Shown: positions 18,541-30,259, numbered from the stretch's first letter. The stretch: DNA of 64,000 nucleotides from [Archangium] primigenium (GCF_016904885.1 NZ_JADWYI010000001.1:7433224-7497223), one strand, 5' to 3'. Notes: generated by a model not told the origin, from the sequence alone. Numbers and translations are program-made.

Positions 18541-19329
18541 GTGAGCGACTCCTCTTCCTCCCCTTCCTGGGCCTGGCCCGGACACCTGCATACGCTCGGA
18601 CCCTTCGAGGTGCCGGGCTTCCCCTCCCGAAAAGCCTCCGTCTACGTGCCAGGCGGAGACCCGACGCCGCTGCACGAGCGGCCGGTGCTCTACCTCTTCG
18701 ATGGCCAGAACTGCTGGACGGACTGGGGCAGCTACTCGGGCGGCTGGTACGCGCACGAGGCCGTCCAGGCGCTCGTGGGGGATGGGGCCTTCCGCGCGCC
18801 CGTCGTGGTGGGGCTCGAGCACGGAGGCGAGCGGCGCATCGACGAGCTGTCCGCGTGGGAGATGGGGCCCGGCCGGGGCGGCGGCGCGGAGCCTTTCTTC
18901 GAGTGGGTGGTGCACCACTTCATGCCGCACGTGCAGCACACCCTGGGGCTCGCGAGCGGGCCGCTGCACACCGTGATGGGCGGCTCGTCCATGGGCGGCC
19001 TCGCGGCGCTCTGGTCGCACTACCGCTACCCGCATGCCATTGGCGGCGCCCTCTGCATGTCGTCCGCCTTCGGCGTGGGCGGCAAGGCGCTCTTCCCCTT
19101 CGTGGAGTCGCGCGCCAAGCCGGCCATCAGCCGCGTGTACATCGACTGCGGAGGTCAGGAGGGCGGAGGCCGCATGCTCGCGACCTCCGAGGAGATGGTG
19201 CACCTGCTCGCCAGGAAGGGCTACCCGGAGGGCGGCCTGCTGTGGCGCCCGGACCCAGGGGCCGGGCACAACGAGCAGGCCTGGAGGCGCCGGTTGCCCG
19301 ACGCCCTGCGCTTCATGTTCCGGCGCTGA
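18541..19329 (+). CDS. Putative esterase (esterase/enterochelin-esterase-like alpha/beta hydrolase)
   Basis: GGSSMGG nucleophile motif, plus conserved His and Asp. Start uncertain: GTG at 18541 is the first in-frame candidate downstream of the divergent gene ending at 18492. The 354-aa track ORF extends through that gene. Confidence 0.6.
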   Translation: MSDSSSSPSWAWPGHLHTLGPFEVPGFPSRKASVYVPGGDPTPLHERPVLYLFDGQNCWTDWGSYSGGWYAHEAVQALVGDGAFRAPVVVGLEHGGERRIDELSAWEMGPGRGGGAEPFFEWVVHHFMPHVQHTLGLASGPLHTVMGGSSMGGLAALWSHYRYPHAIGGALCMSSAFGVGGKALFPFVESRAKPAISRVYIDCGGQEGGGRMLATSEEMVHLLARKGYPEGGLLWRPDPGAGHNEQAWRRRLPDALRFMFRR

Positions 19330-19339
19330 GCCGCGCGGC

Positions 19340-21463
19340 TCAGGCGGGGATGAGGTCCTTGTCGTGGCGGGCCCAGTGCCGGTGCTGGGCGATGGCCTCG
19401 ATGAACTTCTCGTTGAAGTCCGCGCCATCCACCACCACGCCCAGGGCCGGCGTGGACAGGCCGCCCGCCTTGAGCAGCTCGGCGGCGTCCTTGGTCACCC
19501 CGATGGGCTTGCAGTGGCGGTAGGCCTCCTGCACGAAGTGCAGCGAGTCGCCGTCCTTCTTGAGCACGGACACGCTCGCGGCGCCTCCGGGCACGAAGAC
19601 GGCGTCGTACTCGAACGAGCCCGTGGTGAGGGCGCTCTTGTCGACCTTGACCGACTGGCCGTCCGAGCCCTTCACCATGCCCAGGCGCCGGGAGATGAGC
19701 ACCAGCTCGCCGCCGGCCTTCTCGATGGCCGCCTTGGTGCTCTGGAGATCCGCGGCGTCGAAGCCGTCACCAATGAGCACGCCGATGCGCCGCGTCTTGA
19801 TGGAGTCCTTCTTCTGGTTCTCCATGCTCAGGGCGGGCGACTTGTCGATCTTCGGCACGCCGAGGCTCTCGGCCACCTTCTCCAGCTTGCCCTTGACCGC
19901 GGTCGCCGTGGGCACGCTGAGCCCCAGGCCCTCGGCCACCTCGGTGGCGAGCTCCGAGTCGATGTGCACGAGCACCGCGTCGATGACGCGCTTGCGCACC
20001 TCCTCGCGCTCCACCTTGCCCAGCTCGAACTGGAGCGCCTGGATGATGTGCTCGCGCTCGGGCTTGGACATGCTGCGGAAGAACAGGCCCGCCTGGCTGA
20101 AATGGTCCTGGAAGCTCTCGGCGCGCTTGCGGATCTTCTCGCCCGTCACCTTCTGCGGGAAGTGCCGGTAGCCGCCCTGCTCCTGCGAGGCGAGGAAGGG
20201 GCAGCCGCCACCGAGCGAGTTGGGGAAGTAGTTGACCTGCCCCACCGGGATGGAGTGCCGCTGGAAGCCGTCCTGCTGGAAGTTGTGGACCGGCGCCACC
20301 GGGCGGTTGATGGGGATCTGGTTGAAGTTCGGCCCGCCCAGGCGCGTGAGCTGGGTGTCCAGGTAGGAGAAGTTGCGCGCGTGCAGCAGCGGATCATCCG
20401 TGAAGTCGATGCCCGGCACGACGTTGGCGGTGCAGAAGGCCACCTGCTCGGTCTCGGCGAAGTAGTTCGTCGGGTTGCGGTTGAGCACCAGCTTGCCCAC
20501 CCGGCGCACGGGGACGAGCTCCTCGGGGATGAGCTTGGTGGAGTCCAACAGCTCGATGCCCAGCTTCTCCGCGTCCTCCTCCTCGATGATCTGCAGGCCG
20601 AGCTCCCACTCGGGGAAGTTGCCCTTCTCGATGGACTCGTAGAGGTCGCGGCGGTGGTAGTCCGGGTCCTTGCCCGCGAGCTTCTGGCTCTCGTCCCACA
20701 CGAGCGAGTGCACGCCGAGCAGCGGCTTCCAGTGGAACTTCACGAAGCGCGACTTGCCCTGGGCGTTGATGAGCCGGAAGGTGTGGACGCCGAAGCCCTC
20801 CATCATGCGGTAGCTGCGCGGGATGGCGCGGTCGGACATGATCCACATGATCATGTGGGCCGACTCCGGCACGAGCGACACGAAGTCCCAGAAGGAGTTG
20901 TGCGCGGTGGCGGCCTGGGGAATCTCGTGGTGCGGCTCGGGCTTGGCCGCGTGGACGACGTCCGGGAACTTGATGCCGTCCTGGATGAAGAAGACGGGGA
21001 TGTTGTTGCCCACCAGATCCCAGTTGCCCTCCTCCGTGTAGAACTTCACCGCGAAGCCGCGCACGTCACGCGCCGTGTCCGCCGAGCCGCGTGAGCCCGC
21101 CACGGTGGAGAAGCGCACGAAGACGGGCGTCTTCTTGGAGGGGTCCTGGAAGACCTTGGCGCGGGAGAACTCGGACAGCGACTCGTACATCTGGAAATAG
21201 CCATGCGCCGCGGCGCCCCGCGCGTGCACCACGCGCTCGGGAATGCGCTCGTGGTCGAAGCGCATGATCTTCTCGCGCAGGTGGAAGTCCTCGAGCAGCG
21301 TGGGCCCGCGCGCGCCCACCTTCAGCGAGTTGTCCGTGTCCTCGATGGGGACACCCGTGTCCGTCGTCAGGCGCTGGCCACTCGGGTCCGAGCGCTCCTT
21401 CTCCAGGGCCACGTCCTTGCTGCGCTCATTGATGCTCACCGTCTCCGGGGTCTTCTGGCTCAA
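19340..21463 (-). CDS. katE: Large-subunit catalase HPII with C-terminal DJ-1/PfpI-like domain
   Basis: Near-identical core to E. coli KatE ([39 protein letters not shown], haem-distal His and proximal Tyr motifs). Start called at TTG 21461-21463 with a perfect AGGAGG 6 nt upstream. An ATG at 21544 without a ribosome-binding site is the alternative. Confidence 0.9.
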   Translation of the reverse strand: MSQKTPETVSINERSKDVALEKERSDPSGQRLTTDTGVPIEDTDNSLKVGARGPTLLEDFHLREKIMRFDHERIPERVVHARGAAAHGYFQMYESLSEFSRAKVFQDPSKKTPVFVRFSTVAGSRGSADTARDVRGFAVKFYTEEGNWDLVGNNIPVFFIQDGIKFPDVVHAAKPEPHHEIPQAATAHNSFWDFVSLVPESAHMIMWIMSDRAIPRSYRMMEGFGVHTFRLINAQGKSRFVKFHWKPLLGVHSLVWDESQKLAGKDPDYHRRDLYESIEKGNFPEWELGLQIIEEEDAEKLGIELLDSTKLIPEELVPVRRVGKLVLNRNPTNYFAETEQVAFCTANVVPGIDFTDDPLLHARNFSYLDTQLTRLGGPNFNQIPINRPVAPVHNFQQDGFQRHSIPVGQVNYFPNSLGGGCPFLASQEQGGYRHFPQKVTGEKIRKRAESFQDHFSQAGLFFRSMSKPEREHIIQALQFELGKVEREEVRKRVIDAVLVHIDSELATEVAEGLGLSVPTATAVKGKLEKVAESLGVPKIDKSPALSMENQKKDSIKTRRIGVLIGDGFDAADLQSTKAAIEKAGGELVLISRRLGMVKGSDGQSVKVDKSALTTGSFEYDAVFVPGGAASVSVLKKDGDSLHFVQEAYRHCKPIGVTKDAAELLKAGGLSTPALGVVVDGADFNEKFIEAIAQHRHWARHDKDLIPA

Positions 21464-21672
21464 AGCGCTTCCTCCTAGGGGTCCCCCGGGATAGGCACGG
21501 TGCGCGCGGGAGACGAGCACTTCGATGCAGGGCGCCCCCCCCATCTGCCCGTTGGCCAACGGTGCCGGGTGGAACGTGTCCGCTGGAAGGCATGAGGGCG
21601 AACGGGCGGACAGGCGCTCCCCGGCCCACGGGAAGGAGGCGAGCGCGCCGCCTCGCTAGACTCCCGCCCTTC

Positions 21673-22968
21673 ATGCCCTGGTCCCCCACCCGACTGCTGC
21701 TCCTCGCCGCGCTCTGCCTTCCCTTCGCGGCCGAGGCCTTTTCCGTGACGAACCACGAGTCGCTGACCCGGGCGGCCCTCGACGCGGCGCTCACCGACGA
21801 GGGCACGGCGTCGCTCGCGGCCCACCGCGAGGCGTTGGTGTCGGGCAGCCGCAAGGAGGACCTGAACCTGCACGTGAAGTGGACCGGGTGGAACCACTTC
21901 TTCCGGCCGGGAACGTCGCTCGACACGTCCATTCGCAAGGACTCCTCGGCGCGCGTGCGGGCGCTGTGGCGGGAGGTGGAGGAGGCCGCGAGCCACGGCG
22001 ACCTGGCGCGGGCGTATGGCCGCGTGGGGCACCTGGTGCACCACATCCAGGACATGGCCGTGCCCATGCACGTGGTGCCGGTGATGCACGACCTCTCGGA
22101 CCACTTCGAGCAGCGGCGCATCGGCCCCCAGGCCCTGGCGGCGCCCTCGGCGCGCCAGCTCGAGCCGATGTCCGGGGAGGAGGCGCAGGTGTCGCTCGCG
22201 CTGGAGACGCTGCTGGTGGTGCGCTCGGGCGTCCTGGAGGTGGAGGGTGGCACCCTGCCCTGGAGCGCGTTCTGGGCGGAGCCCACCGGCACCACGCCGG
22301 GCACGTTCGGCCACTACGGCGCGGCGGGCAACGCCTTCGGCCTGACCGAGGTCTCCTGGGAGGGGCGCACGTGGACGGTGAGCGCCGACACCTACGAGGC
22401 GTTCGTGACGGCGCGGGCCCGGGCGGCCCTGGACTACTCGCGCGCCTTCCTCGTCTGGGCGGCGCGGCGCATCTCCGCCCTGGACCAGGCCCGCGCGCCC
22501 GTGTCCCAGGCCGCCTGGACGCCTCCGCCCGCGCTCTCGCTGGAGGTGATGGGGGGCGCGGCCACGTCCGGCCGGGGCCTGGCGCCCGTGGCGGGCGCGC
22601 GGGCGCTGATTCCCCTGCCGTGGGCGATGGGGCTGTCCGCCAGCTATGCCCGGACCCTGGGGGGCCCGCTCCAGGCGGACGTGGGCGGCTCGTGGACCGT
22701 GGCGCTGCGCTCGCCGCCCCTGTGGACGGCACGGCTGGGGTACGCCAAGGGCCTGGACCTGCGCGCCACGGCCGGCGCGGGTCTGTCCTCGGTGGACGGC
22801 GCGCTGCACCCGGAACTGCCCGTGGGCTTGCGGCTGCACTCGCAGTGGGGCCAGCGCCTGTCGGTGAGCCTGGAGGCCCAGTACCGGGCCTTCGCGCCCA
22901 CGGCCGCGCCCTGGGCCCAAGGTGTCACCTTCCTGTTGGGCACGGGCTTCACCTGGGGTGATAACTGA
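21673..22968 (+). CDS. Secreted zinc-dependent phospholipase C / S1-P1 nuclease family protein with a C-terminal Gly/Ala-rich beta-rich domain
   Basis: Signal peptide MPWSPTRLLLLAALCLPFAAEA. Motifs NHESLTRAAL, WNHFFRPG (compare HFYDPD) and GRVGHLVHHIQDMAVPMH (compare H..GD..QPMH) match the Zn-ligand blocks of the PLC/P1 family. Confidence 0.55.
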   Translation: MPWSPTRLLLLAALCLPFAAEAFSVTNHESLTRAALDAALTDEGTASLAAHREALVSGSRKEDLNLHVKWTGWNHFFRPGTSLDTSIRKDSSARVRALWREVEEAASHGDLARAYGRVGHLVHHIQDMAVPMHVVPVMHDLSDHFEQRRIGPQALAAPSARQLEPMSGEEAQVSLALETLLVVRSGVLEVEGGTLPWSAFWAEPTGTTPGTFGHYGAAGNAFGLTEVSWEGRTWTVSADTYEAFVTARARAALDYSRAFLVWAARRISALDQARAPVSQAAWTPPPALSLEVMGGAATSGRGLAPVAGARALIPLPWAMGLSASYARTLGGPLQADVGGSWTVALRSPPLWTARLGYAKGLDLRATAGAGLSSVDGALHPELPVGLRLHSQWGQRLSVSLEAQYRAFAPTAAPWAQGVTFLLGTGFTWGDN

Positions 22969-22991
22969 GCCCCCTTCCCTGGAGCCGACCC

Positions 22992-24344
22992 ATGCCCCGT
23001 CCCCGCCCCGCCGTCCGTCTTCTGTCCTCGCTCGCGCTCACCGCGGGTCTGCTCGTGGGCCCCCTCGGCTGCGACGGCGATCAGGGCCCACCGGGCGCTC
23101 CGGGCGCTCCTGGTGGCGCGGGCCCCGAGGGACCGGCGGGCACGCCCCCCGGACCGGTGCGGCTCCTGGACGACAAGGTGGGCCGCTGGCTGCCGGACAA
23201 CCGCACCCGGCTCAACACGCTGCTGAGCACCCGGGGCATCGCCAGCGCCGCCTTCAACCCCCGTGACCGGCCCGTCGCCGTGTTCGACTGGGACAACACG
23301 GTGGTGAAGAACGACATGGGCGACGCGACCCTGTTCTGGATGCTCACGCACGACCAGGTGCTTCAGCCCGAGGGCCGGGACTGGGCCCGCACCAGCACCC
23401 ATCTGACCGCCGACGCGCGCGCGGCCCTCAACCGCGCCTGTGACAGCCTCGCCGCGCCGGGTGAGCCCCTGCCCACGAGCACCCAGGCGCCTTGCGCGGA
23501 CGAGATCGTCAGCATCTACACCGGCAACAAGACGCGCGCGGGCCAGGCCGCCTGGGACCAGGCCGTCACCCTGACGATGAACACGGCCTATGCCTGGGCG
23601 GCCCAGTTGCAGGCGGGCCACACGCCGGAGGCGCTGCGCGGCTTCGCCCGGGCCGCCTACGCGCAGAACGCCTTCAACCCCGTGGGGACGACGCAGACGG
23701 TGGGCACCACGTCCGGGCTCGCCTTCCACGTGAAGGTGTACGACGAGATGGTGGACCTCATCGAGACGATGCAGGCCAATGGCTTCGACGTGTGGGTGCT
23801 CACCGCCTCGCCCCAGTTCGTCGTGGACGCCCTCTCCGAGCAGCTCGTGGGCATCAAACCCCAGCGCGTGGTGGGCATCCGCACCGTCGCGGACGCGACC
23901 GGTCGCGTCACCGCGCGGCTCCAGGGCTGCGGCACCGTGGCCGATGGCGCCGACACGCTCATCACCTATGACCAGGGCAAGCGCTGCTGGATCAACAAGG
24001 CCATCTTCCACCTGCCGGCCGGGCAGCAGCAGGCGCGCGCCGCGGACGAGACCCGGCGGCCGGTGTTCGCCGCGGGCGACTCGGACACGGACCTGGCGTT
24101 CGTCCAGGATGCCACCGCGCTCAAGCTCGCCATCAACCGCAACCGCGTGCAGCTCATGTGCAACGCCTACGCGAACGCCGGGGGCCGCTGGCTCGTGCAG
24201 CCCATGTTCGTCGGGCCCCGCGGTCAGCAGGCCTCGCCCTATGCCTGCACCACCGCCCTGGACGCGGCGGGCCAGCCCATCACCGACGAGGCCGGCCAGC
24301 GCTTCACCCAGGACTACGCGGACAGTGTCTTCGCGCTGCCGTGA
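22992..24344 (+). CDS. HAD-superfamily (HAD-IB, phosphoserine-phosphatase-like) hydrolase lipoprotein with an N-terminal collagen-like Gly-X-Y tether
   Basis: Lipoprotein signal LLVGPLGC. GPPGAPGAPGGAGPEGPAGTPPGP (8 Gly-X-Y triplets). HAD motif I FDWDNTV and motif IV GDSDTD. Confidence 0.7.
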   Translation: MPRPRPAVRLLSSLALTAGLLVGPLGCDGDQGPPGAPGAPGGAGPEGPAGTPPGPVRLLDDKVGRWLPDNRTRLNTLLSTRGIASAAFNPRDRPVAVFDWDNTVVKNDMGDATLFWMLTHDQVLQPEGRDWARTSTHLTADARAALNRACDSLAAPGEPLPTSTQAPCADEIVSIYTGNKTRAGQAAWDQAVTLTMNTAYAWAAQLQAGHTPEALRGFARAAYAQNAFNPVGTTQTVGTTSGLAFHVKVYDEMVDLIETMQANGFDVWVLTASPQFVVDALSEQLVGIKPQRVVGIRTVADATGRVTARLQGCGTVADGADTLITYDQGKRCWINKAIFHLPAGQQQARAADETRRPVFAAGDSDTDLAFVQDATALKLAINRNRVQLMCNAYANAGGRWLVQPMFVGPRGQQASPYACTTALDAAGQPITDEAGQRFTQDYADSVFALP

Positions 24345-24354
24345 GCGCGTCCGC

Positions 24355-24903
24355 TCACGTCTTGAAGACGGGGTGCTGATCCAGCCAGGACACGAAGAGC
24401 GCGTCGGCGAACGTCTTGCCGGCGACGCTCAACCCGTGCGAGGCCTCACCCGACACGCGCAGGCCTCCGCCCGGCACGTAGGTGATGACGAGCTCGCCCC
24501 CCTCGGGCACGTCCTTGAGCGAGCCGAGCAGGCGATCCAACTCCTGGCGCATGGCCCCGCCCCGCAGCGCCGGGTTGGAGGCCAGTCCCTCCTCGAAGGC
24601 ATCCACGAGCTGCGCGCGGCTCACCTTGCGCAGGAAGCGGAACTGCAACCGTTTGACGCAGTTGGCGGAGATGGCCTCCGACTTCGCCCGGGGCTTCTGC
24701 TCCAGGTACAGCGACCAGACGTAGACCTTGAAGAAGAATTTCTCCTCCAGGTCCATGTGCGCCAGGGACAGGCTGCGCCCCTCCAGCGACAGCGAATCCG
24801 GCATCCTCACGCCGGCCATCTCTCGCGCCTGGGCCGGCGCCGCCCACAACATGAGCGCCATCGCCAGTCCCCCGACCCCCGCCCCCCACCCGTTCCGCGC
24901 CAT
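24355..24903 (-). CDS. Chalcone-isomerase-like fold protein, secreted
   Basis: Start MARNGWGAGVGGLAMALMLWAAPAQA (signal peptide). CHI-like family pattern (FFFKVYVWSLY, VSWLDQHP). Confidence 0.55.
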   Translation of the reverse strand: MARNGWGAGVGGLAMALMLWAAPAQAREMAGVRMPDSLSLEGRSLSLAHMDLEEKFFFKVYVWSLYLEQKPRAKSEAISANCVKRLQFRFLRKVSRAQLVDAFEEGLASNPALRGGAMRQELDRLLGSLKDVPEGGELVITYVPGGGLRVSGEASHGLSVAGKTFADALFVSWLDQHPVFKT

Positions 24904-25174
24904 CCCACCCCTCCCGTCACCTCGACCGGTATCCGCCAGGGTGTGCACGCTCGCGCCGCATGGCCACTGGTGCCGTTGAATTGTGGACGAAAGCCTGCCC
25001 TCGCGGAGCCCTCCGGCCTGGGAGCCCTTTGCCCTGCCCGACGGCCAGGAAAAGAACCCCTTGTTCCCCAGGCAGCCCAGGTGGAAAACAACGGCCTCGG
25101 GCTCCGTTCTTCCTTCTCTTGGAAGGAGGGGGTAGCAGTTTCATGGCAGACACTCCTCTCGACCCCCGCACCCC

Positions 25175-28100
25175 ATGAGTTCTCCCCTGCACGCCGGCCA
25201 CCGCCTCCCGACCCCCGCATCCGAGGATTCTCCCGCCCAGACCCGGAGAGACCGGGAGCGCCTGGACATGCTCGTCAACCAGGCGAGCGTGGGCATCTCC
25301 CAGCGCTCCCTGGATGGCACCCTGACGCTCGCCAACCAGCGCTTCTGCGACATCGTCGGGCGGCCGCTGGAGGGCGTGCTCGGCCAGACACATGCGTCCT
25401 TCACCCACCCGGAGGATCGGGACTCGAGCGCCGCCCAGTTCCAACGATTGCTGGAGACGGGCGAGGCCTTCACGGTGGAGAAGCGCTACCTGCGGCCGGA
25501 CGGCGCGACGGTGTGGGTCAACAACCACGTCTCGCTCGCCCGGGACGACGCGGGCCGGCCCGAGTTCATCATCTGCGTCACCCACGACATCTCCGACCGC
25601 AAGCGCGCCGAGCAGCGGCTCCAGGAAGGCGATGAGCGGCTGCGCCTGGCGCAGGAAGCGGGCGGCGTGGGCCTCTTCACCTACGAGTTGGCCACCCACC
25701 GCATCCACGTCACGCCGCAGTTCTGCCACCTGTTCGGCCTCGAGCCGGTGGAGTCCCTGCCCATCGCCGACGTGGAGGCGCTCATCCACCCCGAGGATCG
25801 CCACCTCGCCTCCACCGCGGAGATGCGCCTGAGTGGTCAGCTGACCACCGCCGTGGAGTACCGGATCCGCCAGGCGCGGACGGGCGCGGTGCGGTGGATC
25901 TCCCGGCGCGCGGACCTGTTCCGGGACACGAGCGGCAAGCCGCTGCGGTTGATCGGCGTCGTGCAGGACGTCACCGAGCACCGGGCCTCCGAGGACGCGC
26001 TGCGCCAGGCCAACGAGCAGATCCAGCTCGTGCTCAACTCGAGCGCGGTGATTGGCGCCTGGCAGTGGGACGTGCCCAACAACCGCATCACGGGAGACGA
26101 GCGCTTCGCCCAGTCGTTTGGCTTCACGCCCGAGCAGGCGGCCCAGGGCGCACCGCTCAAGGCCTTCGTGGAGTCCATCCATCCCGAGGACCGGGACCGG
26201 ACCGTGGCCCTGATCAGCCGCACCCTGGAGACGGGCGGCCCCTATCGCCATGAGTACCGCGTGCGGCACGCACGGGGCGAGTACCTGTGGGTGGAGGCCA
26301 CCGGGTACTGCGTCGTCGACGCCCAGGGCAAGCCGCTGCGCTTTCCCGGTCTGCTCATCGACATCGACGAGCGCAAGCAGGCGGAGCTGCGCCAGTCCGT
26401 CTTCATGGAGATCTCCGACCGGCTGCGCGACATGACGGACACGGCGGACATCGCCGGCGCCGTCATGCCGCGCGTGGGCAAGCTGTTCCACGCGTTGCGC
26501 GCGGGCTACGGCTCCATCGACTCCCAGCAGGAGCTGGTGAACATGGAGCGCGAGTGGGTGGCCGGGCCCGACGTCTCCAGCGTGGCGGGCATCCACCGCT
26601 TCTCCGACTACGGCGTCTTCATCGAGAACCTCAAGCGGGGCGAGACCATCGCCATCCCGGACATCGAGAAGGATCCGCGCACGGCGCCGGGGGCGGCCAA
26701 CCTGCTCGGCATTGGCATCCGGGCCCTGCTCAACGTGCCCTTGATGGAGCAGGGGCGCTTCGTGGCCGTGCTCTACGTGCACGACGCCCAGGCGCGGCGG
26801 TGGAACGAGGACGAGATCGAGTTCGTGCGCAACGTGGCCGATCGCATCTGGACGGCGAGCGAGCGCATCAAGGCCATGGAGCAGCTGCGGCGCGCCAACG
26901 AGACGCTGGAGCAGCGCGTGGAGGAGCGCACGCGCGAGCGCGATCGGGTCTGGAACGTGAGCCAGGATCTGCTGGTGGTGGCGGACTACGAGGGCCGCTT
27001 CGTCAGCGTCAACCCCGCCTGGAGCGCGATCCTGGGCTGGGAACCGGAGGAGCTGCTGGGCAAGAACTCCCAGTGGCTGGAGCATCCGGAGGACCACGAC
27101 AAGTCCCGGGCGGAGCGCGAGCACCTGTCCGCGGGCGAGCGCACGCAGCAGTTCGAGAACCGGCTGCGGCACAAGGATGGCACCTACCGGCTGTTGTCCT
27201 GGACGGCGGTGGCGGTGCCCGAGCGGCGGCTCGTGTACTCCTCCGCGCGCGACATCACCGAGCAGCGCAAGATCGAGGAGCAGCTGCGCCAGTCCCAGAA
27301 GATGGAGGCGGTGGGCAAGCTCACGGGCGGCGTGGCGCACGACTTCAACAACCTGCTGCAGGTCATCTCCGGCAACCTCCAGCTGTTGCAGCGCGACGTG
27401 GCGGGCAACGAGCGGGGCACGCGCCGGGTGCAGACCGCCATCGGCTCGGTGGAGCGCGGCGCCCGGCTCGCCTCCCAGCTCCTGGCGTTCGCCCGGCGGC
27501 AGCCGCTCGCGCCCGTGGTCATCCACCTGGGCCGACTGGTGCGGGGCATGGACGATCTCCTGCGCCGCTCGCTCGGCGAGGACATCGAGGTGGAGACCGT
27601 CATCAGCGGCGGCCTGTGGAACACCGCCGTGGATCCCAACCAGCTCGAGAACGTCATCCTCAACCTGGCCATCAACGCCCGGGACGCGATGCACAACACC
27701 GGCAAGCTGACGATCGAGGTCAGCAACGCCATGCTGGATGACCGCTACGCGCTGACGAACCCGGAGGTACAGCCCGGCCAGTACGTGCTGCTGGCCGTCT
27801 CCGACACGGGCGGCGGCATGACCCCCGAGGTGATGGAGCGCGCCTTCGAGCCCTTCTTCACCACCAAGGCCGAGGGCCGGGGCACGGGCCTCGGCCTGAG
27901 CATGGTGTACGGCTTCGTCAAGCAGAGCGGCGGCCACGTGAAGATCTACAGCGAGGTCGGCCATGGCACGACGCTGAAGATCTACCTGCCGCGCACGTTC
28001 GACTCCGAGCTGCCCCTGGCGGGCGACGTCGTCACCGGCCCCATCGAGGGCGGCCACGAGACCATCCTGGTGGTGGAGGACGACGCCGAGGTGCGGGGCA

Positions 28101-28861
28101 CGGTGGTGGAGATCCTCACGGAGCTGGGCTACCGCGTGCTCAAGGCGCAAGACGGACAGAGCGCGATGGCCATCCTCCAGAGCGGGCTGCTCGTGGACCT
28201 GCTCTTCACGGACGTGGTCATGCCCGGCCCGGTGCGCAGCCCGGACCTCGCCCGGCAGGCCAAGGCGCTGCTGCCGGACATCGAGGTGCTGTTCACCTCG
28301 GGGTACACGGAGAACGCCATCGTGCACGGCGGCCGGTTGGATCCCGGCGTGCACCTGTTGAGCAAGCCGCACCGCCGCGAGGACCTGGCGCGCAAGCTCC
28401 GGCAACTGCTCGACCAGCGCGCCGCGAAGCTGCGGGGCAAGGCGCCGACGCCGCCCCCCCTCCCCGCGCCGGCGCCCGTGGTGACGCCCAAGCCCGGGCC
28501 CCTGCGGGTGCTGCTCGTGGAGGACGACGAGGACATCCGCATGTCGGCGCTGGAGCTCATGGACCTGCTGGGCCATGAGGTGGTGGCGCTGCCGGACGCC
28601 GAATCGGCCATCCGGGACCTGCCGGGCCAGCGCTTCGACGTGCTGTTCACCGACGTGACCCTGCCCGGCAAGTCCGGCGTGGAGCTGGCGCGCGAGGTGC
28701 GGCAGCGCTACCCGGAGATGAAGATCATCATCGCCTCCGGCCACGGCCGCGCCGTGCTGAGCGCGGAGGACGCGCGGATGCCGAACCTGTGGGTGTTGCC
28801 CAAGCCCTACGCGCTGCCACAAATCCAGGAGGTGCTGCTCCAGGTGGCCCTGGCCTCCTGA
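25175..28861 (+). CDS. Hybrid sensor histidine kinase: multiple PAS/PAC domains + GAF + HisKA + HATPase_c + two receiver domains
   Basis: 1228 aa. Repeated PAS blocks ([55 protein letters not shown]). H-box [13 protein letters not shown]-box GTGLGLSMV. Receiver Asp motifs ILVVEDD...[10 protein letters not shown] and [10 protein letters not shown]...[13 protein letters not shown]. Confidence 0.85.
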   Translation: MSSPLHAGHRLPTPASEDSPAQTRRDRERLDMLVNQASVGISQRSLDGTLTLANQRFCDIVGRPLEGVLGQTHASFTHPEDRDSSAAQFQRLLETGEAFTVEKRYLRPDGATVWVNNHVSLARDDAGRPEFIICVTHDISDRKRAEQRLQEGDERLRLAQEAGGVGLFTYELATHRIHVTPQFCHLFGLEPVESLPIADVEALIHPEDRHLASTAEMRLSGQLTTAVEYRIRQARTGAVRWISRRADLFRDTSGKPLRLIGVVQDVTEHRASEDALRQANEQIQLVLNSSAVIGAWQWDVPNNRITGDERFAQSFGFTPEQAAQGAPLKAFVESIHPEDRDRTVALISRTLETGGPYRHEYRVRHARGEYLWVEATGYCVVDAQGKPLRFPGLLIDIDERKQAELRQSVFMEISDRLRDMTDTADIAGAVMPRVGKLFHALRAGYGSIDSQQELVNMEREWVAGPDVSSVAGIHRFSDYGVFIENLKRGETIAIPDIEKDPRTAPGAANLLGIGIRALLNVPLMEQGRFVAVLYVHDAQARRWNEDEIEFVRNVADRIWTASERIKAMEQLRRANETLEQRVEERTRERDRVWNVSQDLLVVADYEGRFVSVNPAWSAILGWEPEELLGKNSQWLEHPEDHDKSRAEREHLSAGERTQQFENRLRHKDGTYRLLSWTAVAVPERRLVYSSARDITEQRKIEEQLRQSQKMEAVGKLTGGVAHDFNNLLQVISGNLQLLQRDVAGNERGTRRVQTAIGSVERGARLASQLLAFARRQPLAPVVIHLGRLVRGMDDLLRRSLGEDIEVETVISGGLWNTAVDPNQLENVILNLAINARDAMHNTGKLTIEVSNAMLDDRYALTNPEVQPGQYVLLAVSDTGGGMTPEVMERAFEPFFTTKAEGRGTGLGLSMVYGFVKQSGGHVKIYSEVGHGTTLKIYLPRTFDSELPLAGDVVTGPIEGGHETILVVEDDAEVRGTVVEILTELGYRVLKAQDGQSAMAILQSGLLVDLLFTDVVMPGPVRSPDLARQAKALLPDIEVLFTSGYTENAIVHGGRLDPGVHLLSKPHRREDLARKLRQLLDQRAAKLRGKAPTPPPLPAPAPVVTPKPGPLRVLLVEDDEDIRMSALELMDLLGHEVVALPDAESAIRDLPGQRFDVLFTDVTLPGKSGVELAREVRQRYPEMKIIIASGHGRAVLSAEDARMPNLWVLPKPYALPQIQEVLLQVALAS

Positions 28862-28937
28862 GGGCGCGCCAGCGAGGGCACGCGCGAGGGCATGCGAAAG
28901 GGTTGCCCTCGGCGGGGGCGGACAGCAGGATTCCCCC

Positions 28938-29360
28938 ATGGCCGACAAACTGGTGTTGAGCGATGAGGACTGGAAGAAGCGTCTGACCCCCGAGGAGTAC
29001 CAGGTGCTGCGCCACCATGGGACCGAGCGGCCTGGCAGCGGCTGCTACCTCGGGACGAAGACGCCGGGGACCTACGTCTGCGCGGGGTGCGCCCAGCCGC
29101 TGTTCAAGTCGGGCGAGAAGTTCGACTCCGGCACGGGCTGGCCCTCCTTCACCCAGCCGCTCCAGGCGGACTCGGTGACGGAGTACCGGGACGTGTCCTA
29201 TGGCATGGTGCGCACCGAGGTGCGCTGCGGCCGGTGTGACGGCCACCTGGGCCATGTCTTCCCGGACGGTCCGCCCCCGACGGGCCTGCGCTACTGCATG
29301 AACTCGGTGGCGATGAAGCACGTGCCCGAGGGTCAGGTGCTCCCGCTCGCCACGAAGTGA
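28938..29360 (+). CDS. msrB: Peptide-methionine (R)-S-oxide reductase
   Basis: 140 aa. SelR/MsrB motifs: two CxxC pairs (CAGC...CGRC) and the catalytic RYCMNS. Confidence 0.9.
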   Translation: MADKLVLSDEDWKKRLTPEEYQVLRHHGTERPGSGCYLGTKTPGTYVCAGCAQPLFKSGEKFDSGTGWPSFTQPLQADSVTEYRDVSYGMVRTEVRCGRCDGHLGHVFPDGPPPTGLRYCMNSVAMKHVPEGQVLPLATK

Positions 29361-29374
29361 ACCGGGCGCGGGCC

Positions 29375-30259
29375 TTAGCGGCTCGCGCGCTCGGCCTCGG
29401 CCAGGCGCTTCTTGGTCAGCGACAGGTAGTTGGCGTCCAGGTCGATGCCCACGTAGCGCCGGCCGAGCTTCATGGCCGCCACGCCGGTGGTGCCGCTGCC
29501 GTTGAACGGATCGAGGATGAGGGCGTCCTCGGGGGTGCTCGCCTCGATGACGCGCTCGAGCAGCGACACGGGCTTCTGCGTGGGGTGGCTGCCGTGCGCC
29601 TTCTCCTCGCGGCGCGGCGCCGTCATGGTCCACACCCGGCCGGCCTCGTCCGCCTCCAGCTCCTCCTCACCCGTGCGCGGCAGGGCCCACACGTCGCGCA
29701 TCTGCTTGCCGCCGTTGTCCTGCTTCATCTTCTTGTAATTGAAGGTGTGCTGGAGCTTGGCGGCCGGCTTGGGCGAGGCCCAGATGAGCAGCTCGGAGGA
29801 GTGCGTGAAGTAGCGGCAGGCGAGGTTGGGGCTCGCGTTGGGCTTGTACCAGGTGACGGTGTTGAGCAGCTTGTAGCCGAGCTTCTGCATCGCGAAGCCC
29901 ACCGAGAAGATGACGTGCTGGGTGCCGCTCACCCAGATGCTGCCCGTGGGCTTGAGCACGCGCTGGCACTCCTTGAGCCAGGCGCTGGTGAAGGCATGAT
30001 CCTCCTCCACGCCGCGCGACACGTCCCACTCGCCCTTGTTCACCGCGGCGCGCTTGCCGTTCTTGCAGGTGAAGCCGCCGTTGGACAGGAAGTACGGGGG
30101 ATCGGCGAACACCATGTCGAACGTGCCGGCCTCGAACTGCTTGAGCAGGGCCAGGCTGTCACCCTGGTAGAGCCGGTACGCGTCGCTCTTGGCGAAGAGG
30201 CTCTCACGCAGGGACGGCTGGACAAGCTTCAGGGCAGGGGCTGCGGCTTCGGCGGACAT
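29375..30259 (-). CDS. Beta-class (N6-adenine or N4-cytosine) DNA methyltransferase, apparently orphan
   Basis: 294 aa. Motif IV DPPY (FADPPYFLSNGG) precedes motif I FNGSGTTGVAA, the beta-group order. No restriction endonuclease candidate in the flanking genes. Confidence 0.85.
   Translation of the reverse strand: MSAEAAAPALKLVQPSLRESLFAKSDAYRLYQGDSLALLKQFEAGTFDMVFADPPYFLSNGGFTCKNGKRAAVNKGEWDVSRGVEEDHAFTSAWLKECQRVLKPTGSIWVSGTQHVIFSVGFAMQKLGYKLLNTVTWYKPNASPNLACRYFTHSSELLIWASPKPAAKLQHTFNYKKMKQDNGGKQMRDVWALPRTGEEELEADEAGRVWTMTAPRREEKAHGSHPTQKPVSLLERVIEASTPEDALILDPFNGSGTTGVAAMKLGRRYVGIDLDANYLSLTKKRLAEAERASR

Noticed and set aside
28885-28909. GAGGGCA...TGCCCTC hairpin after the hybrid kinase gene as an intrinsic terminator
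   Set aside because: 7-bp GC stem with an 11-nt loop and no downstream U-tract. The msrB start follows within 30 nt. More likely incidental.
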